Source: an uncultured Candidatus Binatia bacterium
GTDB lineage: Bacteria; Desulfobacterota; Binatia; Bin18
Direction: 5' to 3'
DNA: 64,000 nucleotides
Assembly: GCA_965200125.1 (NCBI GenBank)
Contig: OZ241332.1
Location: forward strand, 2,187,792 to 2,251,791
This document shows, piece by piece, positions 1 to 8,464 of this stretch. The notes below the pieces were generated by a model. It made no database searches. It was not told the DNA's origin and saw nothing but the letters and a program-made list of their open reading frames with translations. Both the position numbers and the translations under genes were made by a program. The first letter of the stretch is position 1; the number at the start of each line of letters is the position of its first letter.

Positions 1-1323
1 GCAAGGAACGCCGCGACAGGTCGAGAGAAAGCGGAGCAGACTGGCAAACAAGCGGTCGTCATAGGCATGTATTTCATCGAAAACGAACGCCGCCCCGGCA
101 AACGCCGGCCAAGCGAACATCCCCCGCTTTTGATTCTGTGTCAGACCCAGGACGGTATCGACCGTGCAACTGGTAATCGATGTGGACCACGCCTCAAGCG
201 CCTCAATCGTCATAAGGCGATCAGCTTGCTCCTCTTCATCGTCCTTTTCGTCGCCCACATCGAGTAATTCCAAATCTACGGACACGCGGCTGTGCACCAA
301 TTGAGCGTTGAGTGTCGGATCTATCAAATAGTCACGGAATCCTTCAGTCGCCGTTCCCGTCGTTGGGTAGGAGAAGAAAATGCGTTTCCCAGGAGCGCGT
401 GCTGCCGCCCAGATATAAGCCCCCAGCGTTTTCCCGCTCCCACAGCCTGCTTTAGCAAGAACGACCCGCGCCGTTGTCGCCCCCAGCTTTTCCTGAAATG
501 GCCGTGGCTTCGCCCCCCGCAACCGCTGGTCGATGATTTTTTTCAACTCTCTCTGCCCAGGTTTTTTCTGTAAGGCGCGCCGAATCCATCCTGATAATTT
601 CTCTCCCGTTCTCGGTATTGCTGATCCGGCGACATCGGCTGCAATGACGCACGCCTTTGTAATGGCAAGGAACCGACGCTCTTCATCTGTACAGGATTTC
701 CAGAAGCCCTTGGCCTGTAGTTCAATCTCTTTGAGTCGCCGATATGGAGATTTCATTCCAATGAGCTTCCAACTTATATCGGAGAGAACTGGCGGCTCAC
801 CGAGTTCGAGCATTTTCGCTCCGACGGTCAGCGTCCGGTGAAAATCCTGGTGCCCGAGAAAAAGTTTCAGTCGGATTCCTGTCCCATGCCCTGCTTCCCC
901 GGGGGGAAACTTTCGGTGATGTCCCGCGGCAGCCCAAAGAAGAAAAGAAAGGTCTCTGGGCTCCTCCAGAAAATCGGATAGCCATTTCTCCAAGGGCGGC
1001 GTGTCCTGAACAATGAGCAGGGACAGGGCTTCGTGACGAATTGCCTGCGGATGCGAAAGCCTCCCTCTCAGCATCTCTTGGAACTGTGCATTCGCCTTCC
1101 CGAGATCATGACAAAATGCTGAAAGGAGAACAGTTTGGCGAAACCGGTCTTTCCACGTCTTCCCCGACAACCCTACGGCAGACAGTTGGGCGTCCTCGGT
1201 TTCTTCCAGAAGAACCTTGGCCGCGGCCATGACGTTTGCCGTGTGTCCGGGCAACGTCTCGGCTCCCCTGGGTTTCTCCGGGGTGCGACTGCTTTTCGCT
1301 AGTAGCCGATTGAAAATCGTCAT
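1..1323 (-). CDS. cas3: Cas3 HD-nuclease/DExH-helicase, N-terminal ~441 codons; the gene continues past the window start. Start codon ATG at 1323..1321
   Basis: Manual translation of minus strand 1323->1 has no stop. It reads MTIFNRLLAKSSRTPEKPRGAETLPGHTANVMAAAKVLLEE..AFCHDLGKANAQFQ..HEALS..GHHRKF (Cas3 HD motifs), then LAKAGCGSGKTLGAY (Walker A) and FVFDEIHAYDD (Cas3-type motif II). Absent from the ORF track because no stop falls inside the window. The ATG overlaps the cas6 stop (ATGA). Confidence 0.8.
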   Translation of the reverse strand, partial: MTIFNRLLAKSSRTPEKPRGAETLPGHTANVMAAAKVLLEETEDAQLSAVGLSGKTWKDRFRQTVLLSAFCHDLGKANAQFQEMLRGRLSHPQAIRHEALSLLIVQDTPPLEKWLSDFLEEPRDLSFLLWAAAGHHRKFPPGEAGHGTGIRLKLFLGHQDFHRTLTVGAKMLELGEPPVLSDISWKLIGMKSPYRRLKEIELQAKGFWKSCTDEERRFLAITKACVIAADVAGSAIPRTGEKLSGWIRRALQKKPGQRELKKIIDQRLRGAKPRPFQEKLGATTARVVLAKAGCGSGKTLGAYIWAAARAPGKRIFFSYPTTGTATEGFRDYLIDPTLNAQLVHSRVSVDLELLDVGDEKDDEEEQADRLMTIEALEAWSTSITSCTVDTVLGLTQNQKRGMFAWPAFAGAAFVFDEIHAYDDRLFASLLRFLSTCRGVPC

Positions 1324-1910
1324 GCAGACCGTTCCGTGAATGGGACGAATACCCCACAGCCCATTTTCCGTCTCCCACCAAGACCGCGCTCTTGCAGGCG
1401 GACGGAACCCTCAGCCGATAATCCCGTCAGCTTCACTTCAAACCCGACCACCTGCTTGTCCTTGACCCGAAAAGTGCGCCGCTGGCCCAACGAAACCTCG
1501 CAGGAGACGGCGAGGCTTCGCAATTGGCGATGCACGGCTTCGAGAAATCCGTCTGCTTCGAGAAATCCCTTGATCGTGACCAACCGAGCGCGAAGGCGCG
1601 CGACGGATGGAAGCATACGGACTTCCGGCACTCCGACGCTGAGGGGATGTTCGTCCACTTCCAGCCTTTTGCCAGCCAGCTTCAGGTAGGGTCGTATTTC
1701 GTCGTCCGGCAGACGGAGCACCAGACGGGACGAGTCGGCCAATTGGAGCCGTCCGTTTCCGTCGTACATGCCGCGGATCGGCTGAACGCCAATCGCCTTT
1801 GCCTCGTGGATTTCTGGAACGATCCGACTCAGAGCGGCGTACACCGCATAGCCATGATCGACGGGAATGGTGGCCCCGTTCAGACGAAAAGCCAAATCGA
1901 TATACGGCAC
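1320..1910 (-). CDS. cas6: Cas6 endoribonuclease, Cas6e/Cas6f-like (196 aa, GTG start)
   Basis: C-terminal Gly-rich loop GLGGRRKMGCGVFVPF resembles E. coli Cas6e GIGPAKSMGCGLL and Csy4 GLSKGGFVPWF. N-terminal PYIDLAFRL..DHGYAVYAALSRIVP resembles Csy4 YLDI.LRP and CasE DLYQLHQGLWHLFP, with a candidate catalytic His. RBS GGAGAG lies 6 nt upstream of the GTG. Confidence 0.65.
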   Translation of the reverse strand: MPYIDLAFRLNGATIPVDHGYAVYAALSRIVPEIHEAKAIGVQPIRGMYDGNGRLQLADSSRLVLRLPDDEIRPYLKLAGKRLEVDEHPLSVGVPEVRMLPSVARLRARLVTIKGFLEADGFLEAVHRQLRSLAVSCEVSLGQRRTFRVKDKQVVGFEVKLTGLSAEGSVRLQERGLGGRRKMGCGVFVPFTERSA

Positions 1911-2087
1911 GATACTCTCCCGGCGATTCCAGAAAATCCTTCCTACACGAATTCGTTCCTTGCGTCATTCCGTAGGGGAAAATCGCTGAATCGCTTGTCA
2001 CCTGGGGACCCGGATGATGGTGCCCGCGAACAAGGAGCGGCAAGCTCAGAGACCGGGGTGAGGGAGTCGAGACGGGAACCCCCCGCA

Positions 2088-2105
2088 CCCCCCTTATCAG
2101 GGGGG
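2088..2105 (-). terminator. GC hairpin CCCCCC-ttatca-GGGGGG downstream of hldC
   Basis: Perfect 6-bp G/C stem read from the sequence; no clear U-tract. Confidence 0.3.
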
Positions 2106-2141
2106 CAACCGCATGACCCGCAGGTCGGACCCTCACCCTGG

Positions 2142-2162
2142 CCCTCTCCCGGAGGGAGAGGG
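2142..2162 (-). terminator. GC hairpin CCCTCTCCC-gga-GGGAGAGGG immediately after the hldC stop
   Basis: Perfect 9-bp stem with a 3-nt loop, 15 nt past the stop codon. Confidence 0.4.
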
Positions 2163-2175
2163 AATCGGAGGGGGA

Positions 2176-2676
2176 TTACCCCCGTTTCTCTGCGGCGAGG
2201 ATGCGCTCGATGAGACGGCTGGTCGAGAATCCCTCCCGGTAGGGAACGGTCACGACCCGGCCGCCGTACCGTTCGACGACCGACTTGCCGACGATCGCGT
2301 CAGGCTGCCAGTCGCCGCCCTTGACGAGGACGTGCGGCCGGAGGCTGCGGATGAGCGCCAGCGGCGTGTCGTCGTCGAACACGGTGACGTAATCGACGGC
2401 CTCCAGCGCCGCGAGCAGCGTCATGCGGCCCTCCTGGTCCACGATCGGCCGTGACGCCCCCTTCAGCCGGTGAACCGACGCGTCGCCGTTGACCGCGACG
2501 ACCAGCACGTCGCCGCACGTCTTAGCCTGCGTCAGCGTATCGACGTGGCCGGCGTGCAGCAGGTCGAAACAGCCGTTGGTGAAGACGACGGTCTTCCCCC
2601 CGCGCCGGAGCCGGTCCAGCCGTTCGGTCAGCGCTTCGGGCGAGAGGATCTTTCGGAGGGAATCGGGGCGTGGCAT
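2176..2676 (-). CDS. hldC: D-glycero-beta-D-manno-heptose 1-phosphate adenylyltransferase (RfaE domain II / HldC), 166 aa
   Basis: VVFTNGCFDLLHAGHV cytidylyltransferase motif; size fits a stand-alone HldC. Confidence 0.75.
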   Translation of the reverse strand: MPRPDSLRKILSPEALTERLDRLRRGGKTVVFTNGCFDLLHAGHVDTLTQAKTCGDVLVVAVNGDASVHRLKGASRPIVDQEGRMTLLAALEAVDYVTVFDDDTPLALIRSLRPHVLVKGGDWQPDAIVGKSVVERYGGRVVTVPYREGFSTSRLIERILAAEKRG

Positions 2677-2716
2677 GGCGGAGTCGGAGAGCGGTCTTTT
2701 CCCAGGGGGAAGCGGG

Positions 2717-3150
2717 GGTTCGTTTCGCCCTTTCGATCCTTCGACAGGCTCAGGACATCGTAGGCTCGAGGCGCCGCACGCTCAACGAACTTAGGGGCGC
2801 GAAACGAACCCTGGAGAACCACTGTCTTTACAGACCGCGCCCTTCGATGTTTCGACATCCTTCCACATACTCAGCATCCCCTTTCGATAATATCAGCGGC
2901 CCGTCCACCCCCCGAGTTCGTTGAGCCTGTCGAAACGTACCCCGAGGACACCGCCGCCCCCGGCCCTTCGACAGGCTCAGGGACCTTCCACCCCACCCCT
3001 TTGAAGTTCGTTGAGTTTGCGATGTGTTGAGCTTATCGAAACATCGAAACGAACCCCGGGAGACCCTCCCTTGAGATCTCATATCTTCGCCCTTTCGATC
3101 CTTCGACATGCCCGGGACATCGTAGGCCCAAGGCGCCGCACGCTCGGGGC
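2717..3150. repeat. Nest of degenerate direct and inverted repeats in the hldC-lptD intergenic region
   Basis: Two ~58-bp direct copies (2726..2784 and 3088..3145, ~86% identical: CGCCCTTTCGATCCTTCGACA.GC.C.GGACATCGTAGGC.C.AGGCGCCGCACGCTC). Recurring motifs TTCGACAGGCTCA, GCTCAACGAAC and CGAAACGAACC occur in both orientations, e.g. 2916..2937 is the reverse complement of a compact version. Confidence 0.7.
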
Positions 3151-3173
3151 CCGCCACCCTCCACGAACCGGCC

Positions 3174-5393
3174 TCAGAAGGCCGTCTTCCCCGCGGACGC
3201 GAACCCCACCAGCGAGACGGACAGGCTGAACTCCGTCTCGTCCGGGTCGGATCGATCGACTATGCCGAAGTCCAGCGCCCAGCACTTCTGCGGCGAGAAG
3301 AGCCGGAAGAAATAGCGCGAGTTGATGAACGACCGGCTGTTGAGGTCGTACTCCGTGAAATAGGCCAGCGTCAGCGCGTCGTGCACGCGGAGCACGGCGC
3401 GTGCGTCGATCTCCTTGATGAGCCGGTCGGTGATCGTCCGGTACGAAATGCCGAGGCTGGTGCGGCGTTGCAGCGACGCCAGGAGCGGGCTCGTCGCAGG
3501 CAGCGGCCGCGGGTCGCGCAGCGCAGCGTCGAGCCGCGCGGCGATGATGTCGCCCCGGTCGACGTCGACCGTGCTGTCCGCGGCGAGCGAAAAGAACGGG
3601 AGCGGCAGCACGCGCGCGCGGATGTCCACGTCGGAGAAATGCTGGCCGGTCTCGCTCAGGCCGAAGCGTTGCCCGCTCTCTTCCCGCAGCCGGCGGTTCG
3701 TGTCGTACGCCTGGAGGACCGAGACCTGCATCAACTCGCGCACGTACGCCTCGCCTTCCCCCAGCGGGGCGAATTTGCCCAGCAGCCGGTTCGTCACGCC
3801 GTACACGAACAGGCTGCGCCGGTTGATCCGGTCCAGGGTGTCGTACAGCGGCAGGTCGTCCTGCCCGACCTGCGGGACGTACGCGAACGAGACGTGCGGG
3901 TCGAGCACGTGCTGGAGTTTGCGCAGCCGGCCCCAGCCGACGCGGAACACCCGCGACAGGCGCGTGCCCAGTTCGGCCTCGATCTGCACGATTTCCCGGG
4001 TTTGCAGCCGGTCGAGCGGCGTGCCGCCGGGACGCGCCCGTTTTCCCGGCGACCGGGAACTCATCCGATAGACGGTTTCGCGGCCGGTCGCCTTGAGCGT
4101 GCCGTACCCGTAGCCGGCCAGGGAAAACGGCAGGGAGATCCACGGCGCGATGTCGAGCCGTTGCCCGTGGTAGCCGCGGCTCCGAAAGAAATGCCCGCCC
4201 TCGGCATCCAGCCCCACGTCGATGCGGTCGTCCCAGAGCCGGTGGCGGCCCTGAAAACGTATGCGCGGCACGAACTCGAACGCGTCCTGATCCTCGCCCG
4301 GCGGACGCCGGCGGCGGTTGTTCCGCAGATCCTGATAGTAGGTCGCCTCCGCCCGCAGTTGGGCATGCTCCCACGTCTTGACCCCGCCGATCCGCGAATC
4401 GGTGAAGCGCTTCGAGCGGCGGTCGCTACGCTCCAGGGTCGGGTGGAACGCGACGTTCATATCGCGCAGAAAGAAGTCGTCGCTGACCAGGAACAGGTCG
4501 CCGTAGAGTTGGACGTCGGGGGTGAGCGCGTGCCGGTGGCTGCCGACGACGCTCCAGCGGTGGACGGGCGCCGGCGACGAGACCCGTTCCCGGAGTTGCT
4601 CGTTGAAATACGACACCCACAACTGCCCTTCCATGCTTCGGCCGGGCGCGTAACGGTACTCGCCGAGCAGCCCGGCCCGTTCCGAGGTTTCGACGTCCGT
4701 CGTGACCGTCAGATCCTGACTCTTGCTGATCGCCCAATACAGCGGCTGCTCCCACTGGAAGCCGCGCTTGTTGGAAAAGCCGTAGCGCGGCGCCAGCAAG
4801 CCGCTGTGGCGGTCGGTGCGCACCGCCATCGCCCCGTACGGCACGTAGAAGAGCGGCACGTCCCGCACGCGCAGCACGCCGTGGCGCAGCCTGCCGGTGC
4901 CGCCGACGGTGACGTCCAGCGTGTCCGCGGCAATGCTCCAGTCCGCGTCTTCCATGCGGTCGCACTCGCACGTGGTGACGACGCCGTCCGTGACGCGGTA
5001 GCTCTGGCCGTACAGCTTTTGCAGGGTGCGCCCGGCGATCGTGTACTGGCGCCGCGGCAGCCGGATCGTCCCGTTCTCGATGGTGCCGGTCTCGTCCGTC
5101 AATTCCAGACGCAGCCGGTCGGCGCGGACGTCGCCCTGCGGGTCGGCCAGCACGACGTTGCCGCGGGCGTCGAGTGCGTTGCGCGACCGGCGGACGCGGA
5201 CCGTGTCCGCGGTCAAGCGGGCGTCGCCCTTGGTGACGACGACGTTGCCGCGCGCCGAGACCACGTCGCCGTCCTCCTCGTACCCGAGCGCGTCGGCATC
5301 GACCTGCACCCGGTCGTCCTGGGCCCATCCGGCCGCGGTCCACAGCGGCCACACCGCCAGGACGGCGAGCAGAAGAGAAAGACGCGGCGGCAT
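3174..5393 (-). CDS. lptD: LPS-assembly outer-membrane protein LptD (OstA), 739 aa. The track ORF over-extends to 5510
   Basis: Signal peptide MPPRLSLLLAVLAVWPLWTAAGWAQ, then an OstA-like N-terminus and a long beta-barrel. Confidence 0.8.
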   Translation of the reverse strand: MPPRLSLLLAVLAVWPLWTAAGWAQDDRVQVDADALGYEEDGDVVSARGNVVVTKGDARLTADTVRVRRSRNALDARGNVVLADPQGDVRADRLRLELTDETGTIENGTIRLPRRQYTIAGRTLQKLYGQSYRVTDGVVTTCECDRMEDADWSIAADTLDVTVGGTGRLRHGVLRVRDVPLFYVPYGAMAVRTDRHSGLLAPRYGFSNKRGFQWEQPLYWAISKSQDLTVTTDVETSERAGLLGEYRYAPGRSMEGQLWVSYFNEQLRERVSSPAPVHRWSVVGSHRHALTPDVQLYGDLFLVSDDFFLRDMNVAFHPTLERSDRRSKRFTDSRIGGVKTWEHAQLRAEATYYQDLRNNRRRRPPGEDQDAFEFVPRIRFQGRHRLWDDRIDVGLDAEGGHFFRSRGYHGQRLDIAPWISLPFSLAGYGYGTLKATGRETVYRMSSRSPGKRARPGGTPLDRLQTREIVQIEAELGTRLSRVFRVGWGRLRKLQHVLDPHVSFAYVPQVGQDDLPLYDTLDRINRRSLFVYGVTNRLLGKFAPLGEGEAYVRELMQVSVLQAYDTNRRLREESGQRFGLSETGQHFSDVDIRARVLPLPFFSLAADSTVDVDRGDIIAARLDAALRDPRPLPATSPLLASLQRRTSLGISYRTITDRLIKEIDARAVLRVHDALTLAYFTEYDLNSRSFINSRYFFRLFSPQKCWALDFGIVDRSDPDETEFSLSVSLVGFASAGKTAF

Positions 5394-5407
5394 GGGTGGG
5401 GGCTCGG

Positions 5408-6736
5408 TCACGACCCGGCCGCGGCCTGGGCGGCGGGAAACGGTTGTCCGGGAACGGCCGCGTCGGACACGCCGGCCAACACCTCGCCGACCAGAAACAG
5501 CGAGCCGCACACGACCACGGCGTCGTCCGCCGCGGCGCGGCCCACCACGTCTCGAAAGGCGTCCGCCGCCCCGCGCACGACGCGGGCCGGAACAGTGCCG
5601 GACAACGCCGCGTACAGCGTCTCCGGGTCTTCGGCGCGCGGCTGGGCAACGGCCGTGACGACGACCTCGGCCGCGACCCGCTCCACCGCCGCCAACATGG
5701 GCCGCCAGTCCTTGTCGTGCATCGCCCCGAACAGGAACCGCAGACGCCGGCCGGCGGCCAACCGCGTCAGTTCGGACAGCAGCGTATCGACGGCCTGCGC
5801 GTTGTGCGCCCCGTCCAGGATGACCAGCGGTTGCGTGGATACGACCTGCAGCCGGCCCGGCCAGTCCACGGCCTGCACGCCGGCGCGGACCTGGGCCGGG
5901 CTGACCGGGAACGTCGTGTGGACGGTTTCCAGGCAGGCGACCGCGAGCGCGGCGTTGCGCGCCTGAAACCGGCCGGCGAGTCCCGGGCGGAGGATCAGCC
6001 GCCCGAATTGCGGGCCGCGGTAGGCAGCCGCCGCGGGGTCGCCGGTCGGCTCCTCGTCTTCGAGCCGAAAGTCACGGCCGTAGATGCACACCGGGCTGTC
6101 CGACGTGCGGGCGATCCCCGTCAGAATGGTGCGACTGTCCGGGTCCAACGGGCCGAGCACGACCGGCACACGCGGCTTGATGACCCCGCCCTTCTCCCGC
6201 GCGATGTCCGCCAAGCTGTCTCCCAGATATTGCTGGTGGTCGAGGCCGATGCCGGTGATGACGGACGCCAGCGGGGTCAGCACGTTGGTCGCATCGAGCC
6301 GGCCGCCCAGCCCGACTTCGACGACCGCCACGTCCACCTCGGCCCGGGCGAACGCGTCGAAGGCCAGAACGGTCATCATTTCGAATGGCGTGAGGCGGAT
6401 GCCCGCCGGATCGAGGTGGTCTCGGATAGCCGCCACCCCATCGACGACTTCCTGCGGCGAGATACGGCGGGTGCCGAGGCGGATGCGTTCGCAGAAGTCG
6501 ATCAGATGCGGGGACGTGAACAGACCGACCCGGTATCCCGCGGCCCCGAGCATGGCGTGCAGGAACGCCGCGGTCGAGCCCTTTCCGTTCGTGCCCGCGA
6601 TGTGGACGCTGGGGAAGCGTTGCTGGGGCGCGCCGACCGCACGCAGCGCCGCGGCCGTGCGGTCGAGCTTGAGGTCCATGCGCTCGACTTCCAGCCCGTA
6701 CAGCCACGCCAGCGTGTCGGAGTACTCGGAAGACAT
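5408..6736 (-). CDS. folC: Dihydrofolate synthase / folylpolyglutamate synthase
   Basis: HIAGTNGKGST P-loop and Mur-ligase-like architecture. Confidence 0.85.
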   Translation of the reverse strand: MSSEYSDTLAWLYGLEVERMDLKLDRTAAALRAVGAPQQRFPSVHIAGTNGKGSTAAFLHAMLGAAGYRVGLFTSPHLIDFCERIRLGTRRISPQEVVDGVAAIRDHLDPAGIRLTPFEMMTVLAFDAFARAEVDVAVVEVGLGGRLDATNVLTPLASVITGIGLDHQQYLGDSLADIAREKGGVIKPRVPVVLGPLDPDSRTILTGIARTSDSPVCIYGRDFRLEDEEPTGDPAAAAYRGPQFGRLILRPGLAGRFQARNAALAVACLETVHTTFPVSPAQVRAGVQAVDWPGRLQVVSTQPLVILDGAHNAQAVDTLLSELTRLAAGRRLRFLFGAMHDKDWRPMLAAVERVAAEVVVTAVAQPRAEDPETLYAALSGTVPARVVRGAADAFRDVVGRAAADDAVVVCGSLFLVGEVLAGVSDAAVPGQPFPAAQAAAGS

Positions 6737-6757
6737 CCGGTCGTTCGGCGGCTCGGG

Positions 6758-7639
6758 CTATCCGCGGGCGGTTTCTGCGGAGTCGACGGGCGCCGGGGTC
6801 TGCGCCTCGGCACTCGCGTCGCACAACAATCCGAGCACCCGGCTGAGCGTGGCCCGCAGATCCTTCCGTTCCACGACCATGTCCAACATGCCGTGTTCCA
6901 GCAGGAACTCGGCGCGTTGGAACCCGTCGGGGAGGCGTTCGCCGATGGTCTGCTCGATGACGCGCCGGCCGGCAAAGCCGATCAGCGCGCCCGGCTCGGC
7001 GACGTTGACGTCGCCGACCATGGCGAGCGAGGCCGCGACGCCGCCGGTGGTCGGATCGGTCAGCACCGACACGTACGGCAGGCCGGCCGCACGCAACCGG
7101 CCCAGCGCCATGTTGACCTTGGCCATCTGCATCAGGGACAGCACCCCTTCCTGCATCCGGGCGCCGCCCGATGCCGAAAAGAAGATGACCGGCAGCCGCT
7201 CCGTGGCGGCGTGTTCGACGATGCGGGCGAGTTTTTCGCCCACCGCCGTCCCCATGCTGCCGCCCAGGAACCCGAAATCGAAACAGCCCAACGCCACGGG
7301 ACGCCCGTCGAGTGTCGCAACCCCGCATACCACCGCCTCGGCGCGGCCCGACCGCGCTCGCGCAGCCTCCAGGCGGTGGCCGTAGGGTTTGCGGTCGGTG
7401 AAGACGAGCGGGTCGCCGGAGTGCAGGTCGGCGTCGTGCTCGACGAAGGAGCCGCCATCGACGACGGTGCGAATCCGCTGCTCCGCGGTCAGCCGGAGAT
7501 GGGCGCCGCATTTCGGGCAGACCAGCAGGAGGCGCTCGGCCTCCTTGCGGAACAGGATTTTCTGGCACGCGGGGCACTTCAGCCAGATCGCGTCCAGCTC
7601 CGATTGCCCGGCCTGCTCCCTCGCGTCCGCCATGCGCAC
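6758..7639 (-). CDS. accD: Acetyl-CoA carboxylase carboxyltransferase beta subunit
   Basis: N-terminal Zn ribbon CPACQ..CPKCG and a carboxyltransferase domain. Confidence 0.9.
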   Translation of the reverse strand: MRMADAREQAGQSELDAIWLKCPACQKILFRKEAERLLLVCPKCGAHLRLTAEQRIRTVVDGGSFVEHDADLHSGDPLVFTDRKPYGHRLEAARARSGRAEAVVCGVATLDGRPVALGCFDFGFLGGSMGTAVGEKLARIVEHAATERLPVIFFSASGGARMQEGVLSLMQMAKVNMALGRLRAAGLPYVSVLTDPTTGGVAASLAMVGDVNVAEPGALIGFAGRRVIEQTIGERLPDGFQRAEFLLEHGMLDMVVERKDLRATLSRVLGLLCDASAEAQTPAPVDSAETARG

Positions 7640-7654
7640 TCCCGTCCCCGAATC

Positions 7655-8464
7655 CTACGCGCGAGGCACGCCGCGCAGCGCGGTCTTGAGTTGCCCGACG
7701 AACGTGCCCACGCGCGCCACCAAGTCCGGCTGTCCCAGCGACCGTTCGACGATCTGGGCAATCGCGCTGCCCACGATGGCGGCGTCCGCCACGCCCGCTA
7801 CCTCCCGCGCCGCGGCAGCGGAGGCGATGCCGAACCCGACGCCGACCGGCACGGGCGACGCCGCCCGCACCCGGCGGACCCGCGCGCCCAGGTCGGCCGG
7901 CAGGGTGTCGCGCGCGCCCGTCACGCCGGTGACCGACACGTAATAGATGAAGCCGCGCGCCCGGCGCAGGACCGCGCGTTCGCGGTCGGGCGAACTGGTC
8001 GGCGCGAGCAGAAAGATCATGTCCAGGTCGTGGCGGTCGGTCTCGCGTTTCAGTTCGTCGGCTTCCTCGGGCGGCAGGTCCACGCACAGGACGCCGTCCA
8101 CGCCCGCCTGCCGGGCGTCCGCGGCGAAGCGCGCCGCGCCGTAGCGCCAGATCGGATTGTAGTAGCCGAACAGCAGGATCGGCACGTCGAGCACACGCCG
8201 CAGACGCTGCACCAGATCCATGATCCGGGCCAGCGACGTCCCGGCCCGCAGCGCGCGTTCGGCCGCCCGCTGCAGGGTCGGCCCGTCGGCCATCGGGTCC
8301 GAGAACGGTACTCCCAACTCGATCACGTCCGCGCCCTGACGCACCATTTCGGTGACGAGCGCCTCGCTGGTGTCGAGGTCCGGGTCGCCCGCGGTCAGGA
8401 ACGGGACGAGGCCGACCTCGCCGCGGGCGCGCAGGGCGGCAAACGTATCCGCGATCCGCGTCAT
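7655..8464 (-). CDS. trpA: Tryptophan synthase alpha
   Basis: [11 protein letters not shown] and [12 protein letters not shown] motifs. Confidence 0.9.
   Translation of the reverse strand: MTRIADTFAALRARGEVGLVPFLTAGDPDLDTSEALVTEMVRQGADVIELGVPFSDPMADGPTLQRAAERALRAGTSLARIMDLVQRLRRVLDVPILLFGYYNPIWRYGAARFAADARQAGVDGVLCVDLPPEEADELKRETDRHDLDMIFLLAPTSSPDRERAVLRRARGFIYYVSVTGVTGARDTLPADLGARVRRVRAASPVPVGVGFGIASAAAAREVAGVADAAIVGSAIAQIVERSLGQPDLVARVGTFVGQLKTALRGVPRA

Noticed and set aside
67-1381. Small ORFs in the track within the first 1.3 kb (66, 93, 102 and 91 aa, etc.)
   Set aside because: They all overlap the continuous cas3 reading frame on the minus strand.
2677-3173. Possible CRISPR array next to the cas genes
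   Set aside because: The repeats are degenerate at ~86% identity, of unequal length and irregular spacing, and partly inverted. This is not a repeat-spacer architecture.
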